Assembly: GCA_963740085.1 (NCBI GenBank)
Contig: CAVUCU010000001.1
Span: 448,001-512,000 of the forward strand
Reading direction: 5' to 3'
Source: Nitrospirota bacterium
GTDB lineage: Bacteria; Nitrospirota; UBA9217
Length of the DNA stretch: 64,000 bases
Below the pieces are notes generated by a model. That model made no database searches. It was not told the DNA's origin and worked only from the letters and a program-made list of their open reading frames with translations. Positions 10,733 to 21,118 of this stretch are shown one piece after another. The position numbers and the translations under genes are program-made. Within the stretch, counting starts at the first letter, position 1. Every line of letters begins with the position of its first letter.

Positions 10733-10890
10733 TTTCACCGCAGAGGAACGCGGAGGACTTCTTGAATTACTTCCTCTTTAGCCCCCACCCCCTGCGACCT
10801 CTCAACAGTCTGCTGACAGACTACTTAGTACCGGATTCGCTTTATTCAAGAATCTGAATTTCTCCGCGTCTCTGCGTCTCCGCGGGAAAA
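10733..10890. repeat. Hairpin element, CGCAGAG type
   Basis: tttcaccgcagaggaacgcggag ... ctccgcgtctctgcgtctccgcgggaaaa, with inner ttcttgaat/attcaagaa stem. Confidence 0.85.
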
Positions 10891-10924
10891 TATCCCTTTC
10901 GTTTTCAAATAACTTTTGACGTTA

Positions 10925-11371
10925 TCAATGCCCCCGGATCTCCGTATGCCTGATCTGCCCGCCGAGGTTCGCGGTGAACCCCACAACGGCCGCAGCGACC
11001 AGCGATAACACGAGCACCAGGGCAATGAACCATTTCGGGATGGTAGCAGAACGGCGGAAAAAAATCAAACCGGCACAACACGCGATGCCGAGGGCCTCTA
11101 TCAGAACGAGCGACAGCTCGGCCATTTCCTCATGCCTGCCGATGTACGCCTCTGTTACGCCGGGAAGGTTCTTCACGACTTTCTGGGCAGCTTCGCCGGT
11201 GAGATATACCGGTACGGTTATGAGCGCGATCAGGACAAAGGCTCCGAGGCTGACCCTTTTGATCTCGTCGCTCCTGGTGACCTGTCCGTACAGGAACAGC
11301 AGAATAGCGAACAAAATGCCTATCACCGGGAAATGATTGATCATGAGATGCAGATGTGCTCCGTTTATCAT
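10925..11371 (-). CDS. Small membrane protein (DUF2231-like, His-containing)
   Basis: HLHLMINHFP, four hydrophobic segments, TGE.A, HEE, GGQIRH.EIR. Confidence 0.7.
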   Translation of the reverse strand: MINGAHLHLMINHFPVIGILFAILLFLYGQVTRSDEIKRVSLGAFVLIALITVPVYLTGEAAQKVVKNLPGVTEAYIGRHEEMAELSLVLIEALGIACCAGLIFFRRSATIPKWFIALVLVLSLVAAAVVGFTANLGGQIRHTEIRGH

Positions 11372-12999
11372 ATGGCCCCCTTTCTCTCCGGTCCTCGCAG
11401 ACAGGCTGTTTCTTTCTTCAGCTCTTTTTTGAATTCATCCAGTTGATGCCGTCTTTCATCATCGCTCCAGTTGAGTTCCCCGCCCGCGACGCGGGCGATC
11501 TTTTCCGCCTGTGGAAGACCGCGCGATGCAGTAATGCCGAGACGCATCCTGCGGAGAACGATATCGGAAAGCGTTCTCGCCCCTTCCTCCCTGACGCTGT
11601 ACAGTACCTGGGCATAGATATCGCGGCTCTCGGGGGAGATCGACCCGCCCAGGACCGGATCTGTTGCGGCAAGGCCCAGAACCATTTCCGCCCGCGCACC
11701 GTAACAACCGACGAGATGGCGCACGAGTTCGGGCGCAACCCCGTGACGTGATGCCATTTCGGGCACTGCTTCGCGCAGGTACTGCTCATAGTCCATTGAC
11801 AGGCCGCCGGGAAGAGGGTCTTTGTCCGTACTGCAGCGTACACCTGTTCCAAGCACCCCGCGAGCCGCGTCAACCGCGTCCTTTGCCATGTTGCGATAGG
11901 TGGTGAGCTTGCCGCCGGCAATAGTGATGATCCTGTCGTTCCGTCCCTCCCGGATGACCCGATGCTTGCGGGATATCTTTGTCTCGTTCCTGCCCGAGAA
12001 CGCGAGCGGACGGATTCCCGCGTACGTATAAAGGATGGACTCTTTCGTCAAGTTCATCTTCGGCAAAATGCGCCTGCTTTCAGCGAGCAGGTAATCCACC
12101 TCATCCTCATCAGCATGCACGTCGTCCAGGTCGCCGTCGTATTTTGTGTCGGTCGTGCCGATGAGCGAGTAGGCCTTAAGCGGGATGATGAAGAACATCC
12201 TGCCGTCGCGAGAGGTGACGAAAAGCGCCTGGTTCGAGAGCTTCGGCAGCACGAGATGAATGCCCTTTGTGGGAAAGATGATCTTCTCGTGATCGAGATT
12301 TCCCGCCAGCCTCACCTTGTCGATCCACGGCCCCGCGGCATTGATCAGGACCCTGGAGCGGAACGTGGAGGTCGCTCCCGTCAAGGTATCCTTCGCCGTA
12401 ACGACAATGCCGCCGTCCTCCTCTTCGATCTTCTCGGCACGGACATGGTTCAGGAGCGTGGCCCCCTCCTCACGCGCGGAAATGACGTTCTCGATGACCA
12501 GCCGCTCGGGCATCGTGATCTGGTGGTCGTAGAACAGCGCGCTCCCGATGAGCCCTTCCTGGTTCAGACGCGGCTCAAACTCGAGGGTCTTTTGCCTGCT
12601 GGAGGTGAAATAGCGCGGGATGTCTTTCTCATGCGACAGCAGGTCATAGAGGTGAATACCGAGTGACATGACCGCCCTGCCGTGCGGGTCTTCCTGATAG
12701 ATGGGAATAAGGATCGGCATGGGGTGAATGAGATAGGGCGCCTGTCTGCGAAGAATAGCGCGCTCGCGAAGGGATTCGGCAACCAGGTCCATCTCGAAGT
12801 TGGCAAGATAGCGCAGGCCGCCGTGGATCAGGCGCGTGGACTTGGAACTGACGCCCGAAGCGAAGTCCCCTTTTTCCAGCAAAAGGCACGACATTCCCCG
12901 CAGCGCCGCGTCCCGCGCCACGCCGGCCCCGGTGATGCCCCCGCCGATGACGATGAGGTCGAAGGTCTGATCCGATGTTAGAACAGTGTTGGCGCTCAA
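11368..12999 (-). CDS. glpD: FAD-dependent glycerol-3-phosphate dehydrogenase
   Basis: IGGGITGAG, DFASGVSSKSTRLIHGGLRYL, GGKLTTYR; TTG start after GGAG. Confidence 0.93.
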   Translation of the reverse strand: MSANTVLTSDQTFDLIVIGGGITGAGVARDAALRGMSCLLLEKGDFASGVSSKSTRLIHGGLRYLANFEMDLVAESLRERAILRRQAPYLIHPMPILIPIYQEDPHGRAVMSLGIHLYDLLSHEKDIPRYFTSSRQKTLEFEPRLNQEGLIGSALFYDHQITMPERLVIENVISAREEGATLLNHVRAEKIEEEDGGIVVTAKDTLTGATSTFRSRVLINAAGPWIDKVRLAGNLDHEKIIFPTKGIHLVLPKLSNQALFVTSRDGRMFFIIPLKAYSLIGTTDTKYDGDLDDVHADEDEVDYLLAESRRILPKMNLTKESILYTYAGIRPLAFSGRNETKISRKHRVIREGRNDRIITIAGGKLTTYRNMAKDAVDAARGVLGTGVRCSTDKDPLPGGLSMDYEQYLREAVPEMASRHGVAPELVRHLVGCYGARAEMVLGLAATDPVLGGSISPESRDIYAQVLYSVREEGARTLSDIVLRRMRLGITASRGLPQAEKIARVAGGELNWSDDERRHQLDEFKKELKKETACLRGPERKGAI

Positions 13000-13024
13000 G
13001 GATGGTCTCCGCAAAAGGAAATTC

Positions 13025-13187
13025 CAACTATTCAGATTGGCCGCAAAAGAACACAAAGAACTCAAAGAAAAAAACCTAAATCATGTCTTTCAATTTTAAT
13101 TCTTTCTGCGTTCCTTGCGTGTTTCTCTAAGTGGCCGGTTCATTTTTTAGGCCATTCGCGGCTAATTGATTTTGACCCGAGTAAATA
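13025..13187. mobile_element. MITE-like ~165 bp palindromic element (CGCAAAG type) carrying a ~34 bp insert
   Basis: Ends caactattcag / ccgagtaaata; homologous to the copies at 32787, 34112 and 13955. Confidence 0.75.
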
Positions 13188-13200
13188 AGGAATTTATTTG

Positions 13201-13911
13201 TCATTTGGTGGCTGTTATTTGATGTTCGGCTATTACTTTCTTTAACACCCCGGGCCTGTTCGAATAGATCCCGTCCACACCCCAATCAATGAACTTCCGC
13301 ATCTCATCCTCTTCATCAACGGTCCAGACGTAGAGCGAAAGCCCCTGTTCATGACACGCGGCAACGAGCTTCCTGGTCACCGTCTTCTTGCGCAGGCTCA
13401 CCACGTTATAGCCCCGTGCCAGGTACGATGGAATCGTGCGGATTGCGAAGACATCAAAGATCATCGACGTCGGCAGGTCCGGCATTGCCCGGCGCGCGGC
13501 GGTTACCTCGTCTTCATGAAACGACGACACCAGAATATGCCCTTTATATCCCGAGGCAAGAAGGTACTGCGCCGTCAAAGCCCCCGCGCCGCCGCTCTTG
13601 ATCTCGAGGTTCAGACCGCACCTGCCGGCAACCAGCCCGAGCACGTCGGCCAGCGTGGGGACCGGCTCATTGTTTTTAAGCCTCACCCCCGCGATCTTTT
13701 CCGCGGTCGCCCGTTCGATGTCGATATTCTTCCCGGCCGTTCTGCCGGTCAACTTGTCGTGCATCACGTAGAGACCATTGTCGCGGCTCCTGCGGATGTC
13801 GATCTCGATCATGTCCACGGACAGGGAAAGGGCGCGGCGAATGGAGTCAAGGGAATTTTCAAGGGCGTTGGACGAATCTCCGCGGTGGGCGATCGCAAGG
13901 GGTATGGGCAT
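13201..13911 (-). CDS. Glycerophosphodiester phosphodiesterase
   Basis: AHRG...EN, EIDIR...HD, LEIK, VWTVD...GVDGIYSNRP. Confidence 0.95.
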   Translation of the reverse strand: MPIPLAIAHRGDSSNALENSLDSIRRALSLSVDMIEIDIRRSRDNGLYVMHDKLTGRTAGKNIDIERATAEKIAGVRLKNNEPVPTLADVLGLVAGRCGLNLEIKSGGAGALTAQYLLASGYKGHILVSSFHEDEVTAARRAMPDLPTSMIFDVFAIRTIPSYLARGYNVVSLRKKTVTRKLVAACHEQGLSLYVWTVDEEDEMRKFIDWGVDGIYSNRPGVLKKVIAEHQITATK

Positions 13912-13954
13912 GAAGGGATTATAGCAAATAACCAGTCATGACGGTTATAATTTT

Positions 13955-14105
13955 GTAACTACTCAGGTCAAAACCGGTTATCCGCAGAGAACGCAATGAG
14001 CTCAAAGAAAAAGCTTGAATCTTAATTTTTGGTAGCAAATTCTCTCTGCGTTCCTTGCGTTCTTTGCGGTTAATCTGTCTTTCCTAATATCATCCCGAGT
14101 AGTTG
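13955..14105. mobile_element. MITE-like palindromic element
   Basis: gtaactactcag ... ccgagtagttg terminal inverted repeat enclosing a ccgcagagaacgc/gcgttctttgcgg hairpin. Confidence 0.75.
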
Positions 14106-14144
14106 TTTAAATTTTTCGATGCAATAAGGATGGATTTCTGACCT

Positions 14145-14216
<72 letters not shown>

Positions 14217-15174
14217 TTACTGTTTCTCCCCCGTCACCGTCTCCATGATCTTGTCCTTGATCGACCGGATATGGGCCGCAAGCCCCTTATGCGGCACCAC
14301 GGCGCGGTGGATGACCGTTCGTATGGCAATGAGCTTTTCCAGCGCGGCGGTCTCGCCCTGTTTGTACAGGTCCTTCGGATTGCTGAAGTCGGCCCAGTGC
14401 GTATCGCCCACTGCGGGGTGGATCACGACATCCGCGTCCCGGACCAGGATCTCGTTCAAGATAGATCCGCGTCACCGCATCGGCGCGGAGAACGATATCA
14501 AGACCGGACCTTTCTTCGAACATTGCAACATCGCTCGACACGTCCACGGCAATCACGATGTCTGCGCCCATGTCCCAGGCGCAGATCACGGGAACACGCT
14601 CCACCCAGCCGCCGTCCACGAGCAGCATGTCGCCGTCCTTTATGGGCGGAAAGATGCCGGGAAGCGCGCAGCTCGCGCTGATGGCGGTGCGAAGCGAGCC
14701 GGTCGTATACATGACGCGCTTGCCATTCCGGATGTCCGTGGCCACGCAGGCGAAAGGGATCTTTGTCTGTTCAATGGATATATCGGGGATCAGGGGATAG
14801 ATGAGGTCGCGGTATTCCTGTTCAGCGACAAATGCGGACTGCGTTGCCGTAACGCCCCAGAAATATCCCTTGCGTATCAGGAAGGACATGTCGCTGAAGA
14901 AACCGCGGTTGTGGTTGTTCGGCTGTTCGAGCTTTCGAATGAATTCAAGGCGGGTTTTGCGCGAAACGTAACTGTGCAGGAACTGCTCCACCCGCTCCAT
15001 CCAGTAGGCGGCATCGGGCCTGGTGGCATAAAGCCCTCCCATCATGGCGCCGAGGCTGGTGCCGGCGATCATGTGGATGGGGACCTGCGCGTCTTCGAAC
15101 ACCTTGAGCACGCCGAGGTGGGCAAGCCCCCTCGCCGCTCCTCCGCCCAATGCCAGACAGATCTTTGGTTCCAT
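14217..15174 (-). CDS. Patatin-like phospholipase (frameshift near 14458)
   Basis: GGGAARG.AH.G, GTSLG (GxSxG), DGG; C-terminus continues in the 14217-14459 frame. Confidence 0.9.
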
Positions 15175-15291
15175 AGATCGGACGCTCCCCCGTAAAACAG
15201 CTTCTCTGTCGCTGATATCCCGTGAACAATGATAGCATCATAAGCCGTGCGTGTAAAGATGTAATCCTGGAAACAACAGTGGTACTTATTT

Positions 15292-15618
15292 GGCCGCAAA
15301 GAACGCAGAGAAATCCAAAAAGATAAAAACGTCAGGTTCCTTCGTCCTTTAGTAAAAAGCTTTTCTCACCGCCGAGGCGCGGAGACACAGAGTACTGACT
15401 TATAGTTAAATCGGATTACCAGGTATTACGTCTTTATTATCCACTGATCAATCCGGATGTAGTAAAGGGTTCCAGGACTTATAAATTCACAAAATTCCCC
15501 ACGCCATTCTCAGTGCCTCTGCGTCTCTGCGGAGCTGCCCAAAAAAACATATGCACACGTGGAGCTTTCTTCTCAAAAAGTTTGATCCATTTCTGCGATT
15601 TCTGCGTTCCTTGAGGTT
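15292..15618. repeat. Nested hairpin elements
   Basis: Outer arms 15292-15316 / 15590-15618; inner arms 15368-15392 / 15509-15532. Confidence 0.8.
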
Positions 15619-15651
15619 AACTGCCCTTATCAGGTTAATTGAAATTATTCA

Positions 15652-15692
15652 TTGACTAAACAAGGAGTTCATGGTATGTTCACAATATGAAC
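15652..15692 (+). promoter_or_regulatory. Sigma70 promoter with an overlapping GTTCA-N5-TGAAC palindrome
   Basis: TTGACT-N17-TATGTT; palindrome at 15678-15692 covers the ATG. Confidence 0.6.
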
Positions 15693-16295
15693 GCCGAAAA
15701 ACAGTCCCCCTTCGGGACCGAGCCGTACCGTTCACTCCAGATACTGGACGAACTTTCCAACAACGATTCCCTCACCCAGCGGGACCTCAGCAGCCGACTC
15801 GGCATCGCCCTCGGGCTCGTCAACTCCTACATCAAGAACCTCGTGAAAAAAGGGTTCATCACGGTTAAAGCGATCCCCACCAAGCGTTATGCCTACTACC
15901 TGACACCGAAAGGCTTTACGGAAAAGACACGGTTGACCTACGATCTGCTGCATGACTATACGAGGATCTATCGCGAGGCACGGGAAAACCTGAAGACCCT
16001 CTTCAATAAAATGCAGAATGATGGCATAAAAAAGGTGGTTTTTGCCGGCGCCGATGAGATTGCCGAGATCGCCTATATCTCTCTGCAGGAAACGACGATC
16101 GAACTGATCGCGGTCGCGGATGAGGAGCGGTCCGGGGAAATATTTTTCAGCAGGACCATCCAGCCCCTGCAGGCGATCGAGGGCATGGACTATGACAGCA
16201 TTGTGGTCACTTCCTATTTGAAAAGAAATATGATCTACGAGAAACTTATTCAGTTGAAGGTGGACAAAGAAGATATTCGAATTATATTTACGTAA
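15687..16295 (+). CDS. Winged-helix regulator (EPS-locus-associated MarR type)
   Basis: TQRDLS..LGIALGLVN.YIK.L..KG...YAYYLTPKGF.EK plus a C-terminal Rossmann-like segment; heads the glycan cluster. Confidence 0.88.
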   Translation: MNAEKQSPFGTEPYRSLQILDELSNNDSLTQRDLSSRLGIALGLVNSYIKNLVKKGFITVKAIPTKRYAYYLTPKGFTEKTRLTYDLLHDYTRIYREARENLKTLFNKMQNDGIKKVVFAGADEIAEIAYISLQETTIELIAVADEERSGEIFFSRTIQPLQAIEGMDYDSIVVTSYLKRNMIYEKLIQLKVDKEDIRIIFT

Positions 16296-16465
16296 CCCGG
16301 ACAAGCCGGAACCAAACCTGGAACCGCGATGGCGCGAAGGTCGCGAAGGAAACCAGTCAGATCTTGAAAAAAAGAAATCATATTGTTATTGACGTCCTTG
16401 CGCTCTTCGCGACTTCGCGGTAAAATTCTTACCGTTTTGAGTAGAATTTGATTCCTTAGTTACTA
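16293..16465. mobile_element. Wrapped hairpin element (TAACCCGGACAA head, CGCGAAG hairpin, conserved tail)
   Basis: Head shared with 31486; tail 16422-16454 shared with 63697-63730; hairpin 16321-16421. Confidence 0.7.
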
Positions 16466-16538
16466 AAGCGGAGTTTGATTTTCCGCGATCTGAAATAAAA
16501 TAGACTTGTTCAGGAGTGTCATGAGAGAGGGAAAGACC

Positions 16539-16871
16539 ATGAGATCAGTCATTACCAGCCTCACAATAATGCTTTGCCTGCTGTCCTTTTCTGCCTGCAG
16601 CAAACCGGAATCCAAATTAGTCGGCACCTGGATCAATGAAAAAACATCGAGCAGCATGGAATTCAAAAGCGACAAGACGGGAGTCATTCATCAGAAGACG
16701 CATGCCGACATTCCCGCCGACCTTGCTTTCAAATGGACGATGCTTGGCGACAAGCAGTTCAGGGTCGAGGCGACTGTGCCGGGGTCCCCTGATCTCTCGA
16801 CGGCGGAAGGAAGACTTGAAGGAAGCGATACCCTTATCCTTCAAAATGATACCTTCAAGAAGATGAAATAG
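16539..16871 (+). CDS. Small lipoprotein
   Basis: Signal peptide with lipobox FSAC, followed by LVGTW. Confidence 0.8.
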   Translation: MRSVITSLTIMLCLLSFSACSKPESKLVGTWINEKTSSSMEFKSDKTGVIHQKTHADIPADLAFKWTMLGDKQFRVEATVPGSPDLSTAEGRLEGSDTLILQNDTFKKMK

Positions 16872-16892
16872 AAGGAATGGCTGGAATAATGG

Positions 16893-16949
16893 GCCGAATT
16901 GGTAAAAGACATCGTGGGGTACAAGGGCAAGACCTCGCTTCGTGAAGGA
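16893..16949 (+). pseudogene. Remnant resembling the C-terminus of GDP-L-fucose synthase
   Basis: Translates AELVKDIVGYKG-KTSLREG, two Fcl/WcaG C-terminal segments joined by an apparent deletion. Confidence 0.55.
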
Positions 16950-17023
16950 TGGCCAAAAATAAGAGAGTGTCTTCGACCTCATGCCACTGATCAATTTGCT
17001 TTTTAAAAGAGGAGGAAATTTCC

Positions 17024-18262
17024 ATGACTGCATACAAAGAGATCGATAAATGCCGCGTGAGCGGCAGCAAGAACCTGGTGTCGGTCCTTAATCTCGGGCA
17101 TCAGGTCCTAACCGGTGTCTTCCCCAAGAGCGCGTCCGAAAAGATTACTTCCGGACCTCTTGAGCTGGTCTGGTGCCCCGACGGCGGTCTCCTGCAGCTC
17201 CGACACTCCTATGATCCCGGTGAAATGTACGGTCTGAATTATGGTTACCGTTCCGGACTGAACCAATCCATGGTGAATCATCTGACGGAAAAGGTCAAAT
17301 ATCTTGAACGGCTGGCCGCGTTGAAGTCAGGCGACGTGGTGCTGGACATCGGCAGCAACGATGCGACCACGCTGAAGGCCTATTCGACCAAAGGGATCAA
17401 GCTGATCGGCATTGATCCCACGGGGAGGAAGTTTTCTCAGTATTATACGGACAACATTAAACTGGTCCCGGACTTCTTTACTGCCGCCGCATTTCGCTCT
17501 CTTGAATCGGGTCCTGCAAAAATTGTTACCTCCATAGCCATGTTCTACGATCTTGATGCCCCGGTTGAATTTGCCAAACAGATCGAATCGGTCCTCGCCG
17601 ATGACGGGGTATGGCATTTTGAGCAGAGCTACATGCCTTCGATGCTCCGCATGAATTCCTATGACACGATCTGCCATGAACACCTTGAATACTACTCGCT
17701 CGGCGTGGTAAAAATTATTTTGGAGAAGGCGGGGCTCAAGATAGTCGACGTCGTGATGAACGCGATAAACGGAGGAAGTTTTGCAGTGACCGCGGCCAAG
17801 GCCGGGAACCGTAGCATCGTTCCAAACCTCGCCGTCATCGACTGGCTGCTTGAGCAGGAGCACAGGATGGGGCTGAATACTCCCCGCCCCTACCGCGACT
17901 TTGAGGAGCGCGTCTTCCGCCACAGGGACGACCTTACAAGGTTGATCCGGGCCCTGAATGCGGACGGGAAAAAGATCCTCGGCTATGGGGCCTCGACGAA
18001 AGGCAACGTGGTCCTTCAGTTCTGCGGCCTGACGAATAAAGATATTCCTGCGATCGCTGAAGTTAATGCAGAAAAATTCGGCCACGTTACACCGGGGACA
18101 CACATACCGATCATATCGGAGCAAGAGGCCCGGGCCATGAAGCCGGATTACTTCTTCGTGCTTCCCTGGCACTTCAAGGATGGGATCCTCCGGCGCGAGA
18201 AGGAGTATTTGACAAGTGGAGGAAAAATGATATTCCCGTTCCCGGAAATCGAGATTGTGTAG
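17024..18262 (+). CDS. NDP-hexose C-methyltransferase family protein
   Basis: Zn-ribbon-like N-terminus, DIGSND, YDTICHEH.EYYS, GYGASTKGN, TPGTHIPI, VLPWHF. Confidence 0.88.
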   Translation: MTAYKEIDKCRVSGSKNLVSVLNLGHQVLTGVFPKSASEKITSGPLELVWCPDGGLLQLRHSYDPGEMYGLNYGYRSGLNQSMVNHLTEKVKYLERLAALKSGDVVLDIGSNDATTLKAYSTKGIKLIGIDPTGRKFSQYYTDNIKLVPDFFTAAAFRSLESGPAKIVTSIAMFYDLDAPVEFAKQIESVLADDGVWHFEQSYMPSMLRMNSYDTICHEHLEYYSLGVVKIILEKAGLKIVDVVMNAINGGSFAVTAAKAGNRSIVPNLAVIDWLLEQEHRMGLNTPRPYRDFEERVFRHRDDLTRLIRALNADGKKILGYGASTKGNVVLQFCGLTNKDIPAIAEVNAEKFGHVTPGTHIPIISEQEARAMKPDYFFVLPWHFKDGILRREKEYLTSGGKMIFPFPEIEIV

Positions 18263-18303
18263 CACTACGATAGTAGCTGAGAGGAGCATGGGAAAAACCA
18301 ATA

Positions 18304-19821
18304 ATGAGTGACGAGAATACACACTCCACCAACGATCCGGGTAATTTCCAGGACCTTAAGAGCAAATCGCTGGCAGGAATCGGCTCATTATTGCGCCGTC
18401 AGATATTTGTCTATGGTTTCTTCTTCCTGGGCAATATTGTGCTGGCCCGGATTCTCCTCCCCCAGTTGTTCGGCATCTACGCTATCGTCTCTTTCGTTGT
18501 CCAGTTCTTTTCCACATTTAGCGATGTCGGTATCGGCGCGGCGTTGATCCAAAAAAAGGACAAGCTGAACAACGAAGAGCTATCAACGATATTCTGGCTT
18601 CAGCAGGTACTGGTATTCATTGTCTTCATTCTGGTGTTTCTCGCGGCACCACTCGTATTGCGAATATACACTACAATTCCACCGGAAAGCGTGTGGTTCA
18701 TCCGGGTGATGGCCCTGAGTTTTCTCTTTACATCACTGAAAACAGTACCGGCCATCCTGATGGAAAGGGCTATCGATTTTAATAAAGTAGCATGGGTGGA
18801 TATTTCGGAAAGCGCGGTATTTCAAGTGACTGCAATATCCCTTGCATTAACGGGGTTTGGGGTTTGGAGCTTTATTGTAGCGGCACTGTTCCAGAGTGTC
18901 GTCGGAGTAATTCTTATCTATTCTCTTTCTTCATGGCGACCTTCATTGGTATATAATTTCAATTCTGCACGAAATCTCATCGGCTTCGGCCTTCCCTATC
19001 AGGGAAACACTATCTTAAGTTTTATTAAAGACGCGGTCACCCCTCTGTTCGTCGGCGCGTATGCCGGCGCAGCAGCAGTCGGCTACGTCAATTGGGGGCG
19101 CAATCTTGCCTTTGCACCACTAATGCTTTCACAAAGTTTTGGTAGAGTTGCTTTTCCAGCATATGCCCGGCTCCAGCATGACAAAATGCTTTTGCAGGAT
19201 GCGGTTGAACGGTCCATTCGCATGATGACGCTGATCATGTTTCCTATAACAGCCATGCTGTTTGCATTGGGACCTGAAATAACCCATGTGATCTTTACCG
19301 ACAAATGGAGGCCAGGTTTATTGTCATTCTATTTTTATTGCACTTCGCCATTTATCATAGGCATCATGCTTCCATTATACAGCGCGATCTTGTCACTCGG
19401 TAAGTCCAATCTTCTGCTAAAAATGTCTTCAGTTCTTCTCGTCCTTGAATGGGGTTTGGGTGTTCCTTTTGTTCTGATGTTTGGTTACAATGGGATATCG
19501 TTCAGCCAGCCGATTATTGCTGTGATATTCTACTTTGTATATAAGCACATTCTCTCAGAAGATTTGCTGCACGTTTCTGTGATCCAAAATGTTTATTCAC
19601 AGCTCATGGCCGCTGTTCTATGCGGAATCGTCGTAAAAATCATGATGTCAATGCTCACGGCCAGCATCATTACGTTACCTACATTATTTGTGACAGGAAG
19701 TATCTTTTATGTTTTGCTCATTTATTTTATAAAGAAGGAAATGCTGATAGAGGTTGTTCAATACATCAGAGAGATCATCGGGGGCAGACAGCCGAATTAT
19801 GAAAAAAGTCCTACTGGTTAA
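18304..19821 (+). CDS. Oligosaccharide flippase (Wzx)
   Basis: LARIL.P..FG, D.GIGAALIQ, many TM helices. Confidence 0.9.
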   Translation: MSDENTHSTNDPGNFQDLKSKSLAGIGSLLRRQIFVYGFFFLGNIVLARILLPQLFGIYAIVSFVVQFFSTFSDVGIGAALIQKKDKLNNEELSTIFWLQQVLVFIVFILVFLAAPLVLRIYTTIPPESVWFIRVMALSFLFTSLKTVPAILMERAIDFNKVAWVDISESAVFQVTAISLALTGFGVWSFIVAALFQSVVGVILIYSLSSWRPSLVYNFNSARNLIGFGLPYQGNTILSFIKDAVTPLFVGAYAGAAAVGYVNWGRNLAFAPLMLSQSFGRVAFPAYARLQHDKMLLQDAVERSIRMMTLIMFPITAMLFALGPEITHVIFTDKWRPGLLSFYFYCTSPFIIGIMLPLYSAILSLGKSNLLLKMSSVLLVLEWGLGVPFVLMFGYNGISFSQPIIAVIFYFVYKHILSEDLLHVSVIQNVYSQLMAAVLCGIVVKIMMSMLTASIITLPTLFVTGSIFYVLLIYFIKKEMLIEVVQYIREIIGGRQPNYEKSPTG

Positions 19822-21118
19822 TCCCCATGAGACAGAACAATCGGGATTTACTAACCCGCCGATTGGGCTGCTTTATCTCGCAGGAACCTTGTTGAAACAC
19901 GGTTCCGATGTGCGTGTTGTTGACGGCTGTCTTGAAGGTAAGAAGGCGGTCCAGAATGCGATAGAAGAGTTTCACCCTCAGTTAGTCGGAATCTCCTCGC
20001 TGACTCCCGGGCGCAAGAAGGCCATTGAAATAGCCGATATGGTCAAACGATTTGATTCCAACATAAAAGTTGTTATCGGAGGAGCCCATCCAACTATCAT
20101 GTATCAGCAGATCATGGATAATTATCCTTCAATTGATTATATAGTTCTCGGTGAAGGTGAAGAAACCTTACTTGAGATCGCGCAGGACAAGGAATTATCT
20201 CAGATCAACGGGATAGTATACAGAGATAATGGAAACATATTAAAGACACCTGCCCGGAAGAACATAGAAAATCTTGATCATATCCCTTTTCCGGCATGGC
20301 ACCTTCTTGACCTGCAAAAGTACCCTGCTATCGATGAGGGTGTTTACCGCGGGATTGATCTCGGAAAAGTTCCCCGTATTTCTGTTATATTCTCACGAGG
20401 TTGCTCTGGACATTGTGATTTTTGTTCAACCTGGTGGATATGGAAAGGTTGGCGGCATCGCTCGGCAAAGAACATGGTCGATGAAATTGAACTCCTTTAT
20501 AAGGATCATGGCATACGACATTTCTGCTTCGCGGATGATGCCATGACGGTCAACCGAGAGGCTACGATCGATCTCTGTGACGAAATCATCAGGAGAAAGC
20601 TTGATATAGTATTTCATGCCACAACGAGAACGGATTGTGTAGATGAAGTCGTGCTCAAAAAGATGAAAGAAGCGGGCTGCTACAAGATCGCTTTCGGCAT
20701 CGAAACCGGCTCTCCGCTCTTGCTCGACAGGATGGGCAAGAATAACGATGTTGAAACCTCGATAAGAGCAATTAAACTTGCAAAGGACGCAGGAATATTT
20801 GTGACCGCGCTTATGATCATTGGGAACGTGGGAGAGACCAAAGAAACGGTACAGGAAACGGTAAACTTTTTAAAGAAAACACAACCGGACGAAATCGGCT
20901 GCGTCGGCGGCCTTTGGATACTGCCGGGGACCAAACTGTACCGGGATTGCAAGAAAAAGGGATTTATTGATGATAATTTCTGGCTGACCGACCAACCCTA
21001 TAAGATTTACACTATGGAATATTCTCTTGATCAACTCGATAAGTTGAGGAAACAGGTGCTCGGTTATCAATATTTGATCACAAGAATTCACAAGATGTTC
21101 AAGAGGATGATAAAGTGA
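19799..21118 (+). CDS. Cobalamin-binding radical SAM protein
   Basis: P.GLLYLA, GGAHPT, SRGCSGHCDFC (CxxxCxxC), GIETGS. Confidence 0.92.
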   Translation: MKKVLLVNPHETEQSGFTNPPIGLLYLAGTLLKHGSDVRVVDGCLEGKKAVQNAIEEFHPQLVGISSLTPGRKKAIEIADMVKRFDSNIKVVIGGAHPTIMYQQIMDNYPSIDYIVLGEGEETLLEIAQDKELSQINGIVYRDNGNILKTPARKNIENLDHIPFPAWHLLDLQKYPAIDEGVYRGIDLGKVPRISVIFSRGCSGHCDFCSTWWIWKGWRHRSAKNMVDEIELLYKDHGIRHFCFADDAMTVNREATIDLCDEIIRRKLDIVFHATTRTDCVDEVVLKKMKEAGCYKIAFGIETGSPLLLDRMGKNNDVETSIRAIKLAKDAGIFVTALMIIGNVGETKETVQETVNFLKKTQPDEIGCVGGLWILPGTKLYRDCKKKGFIDDNFWLTDQPYKIYTMEYSLDQLDKLRKQVLGYQYLITRIHKMFKRMIK

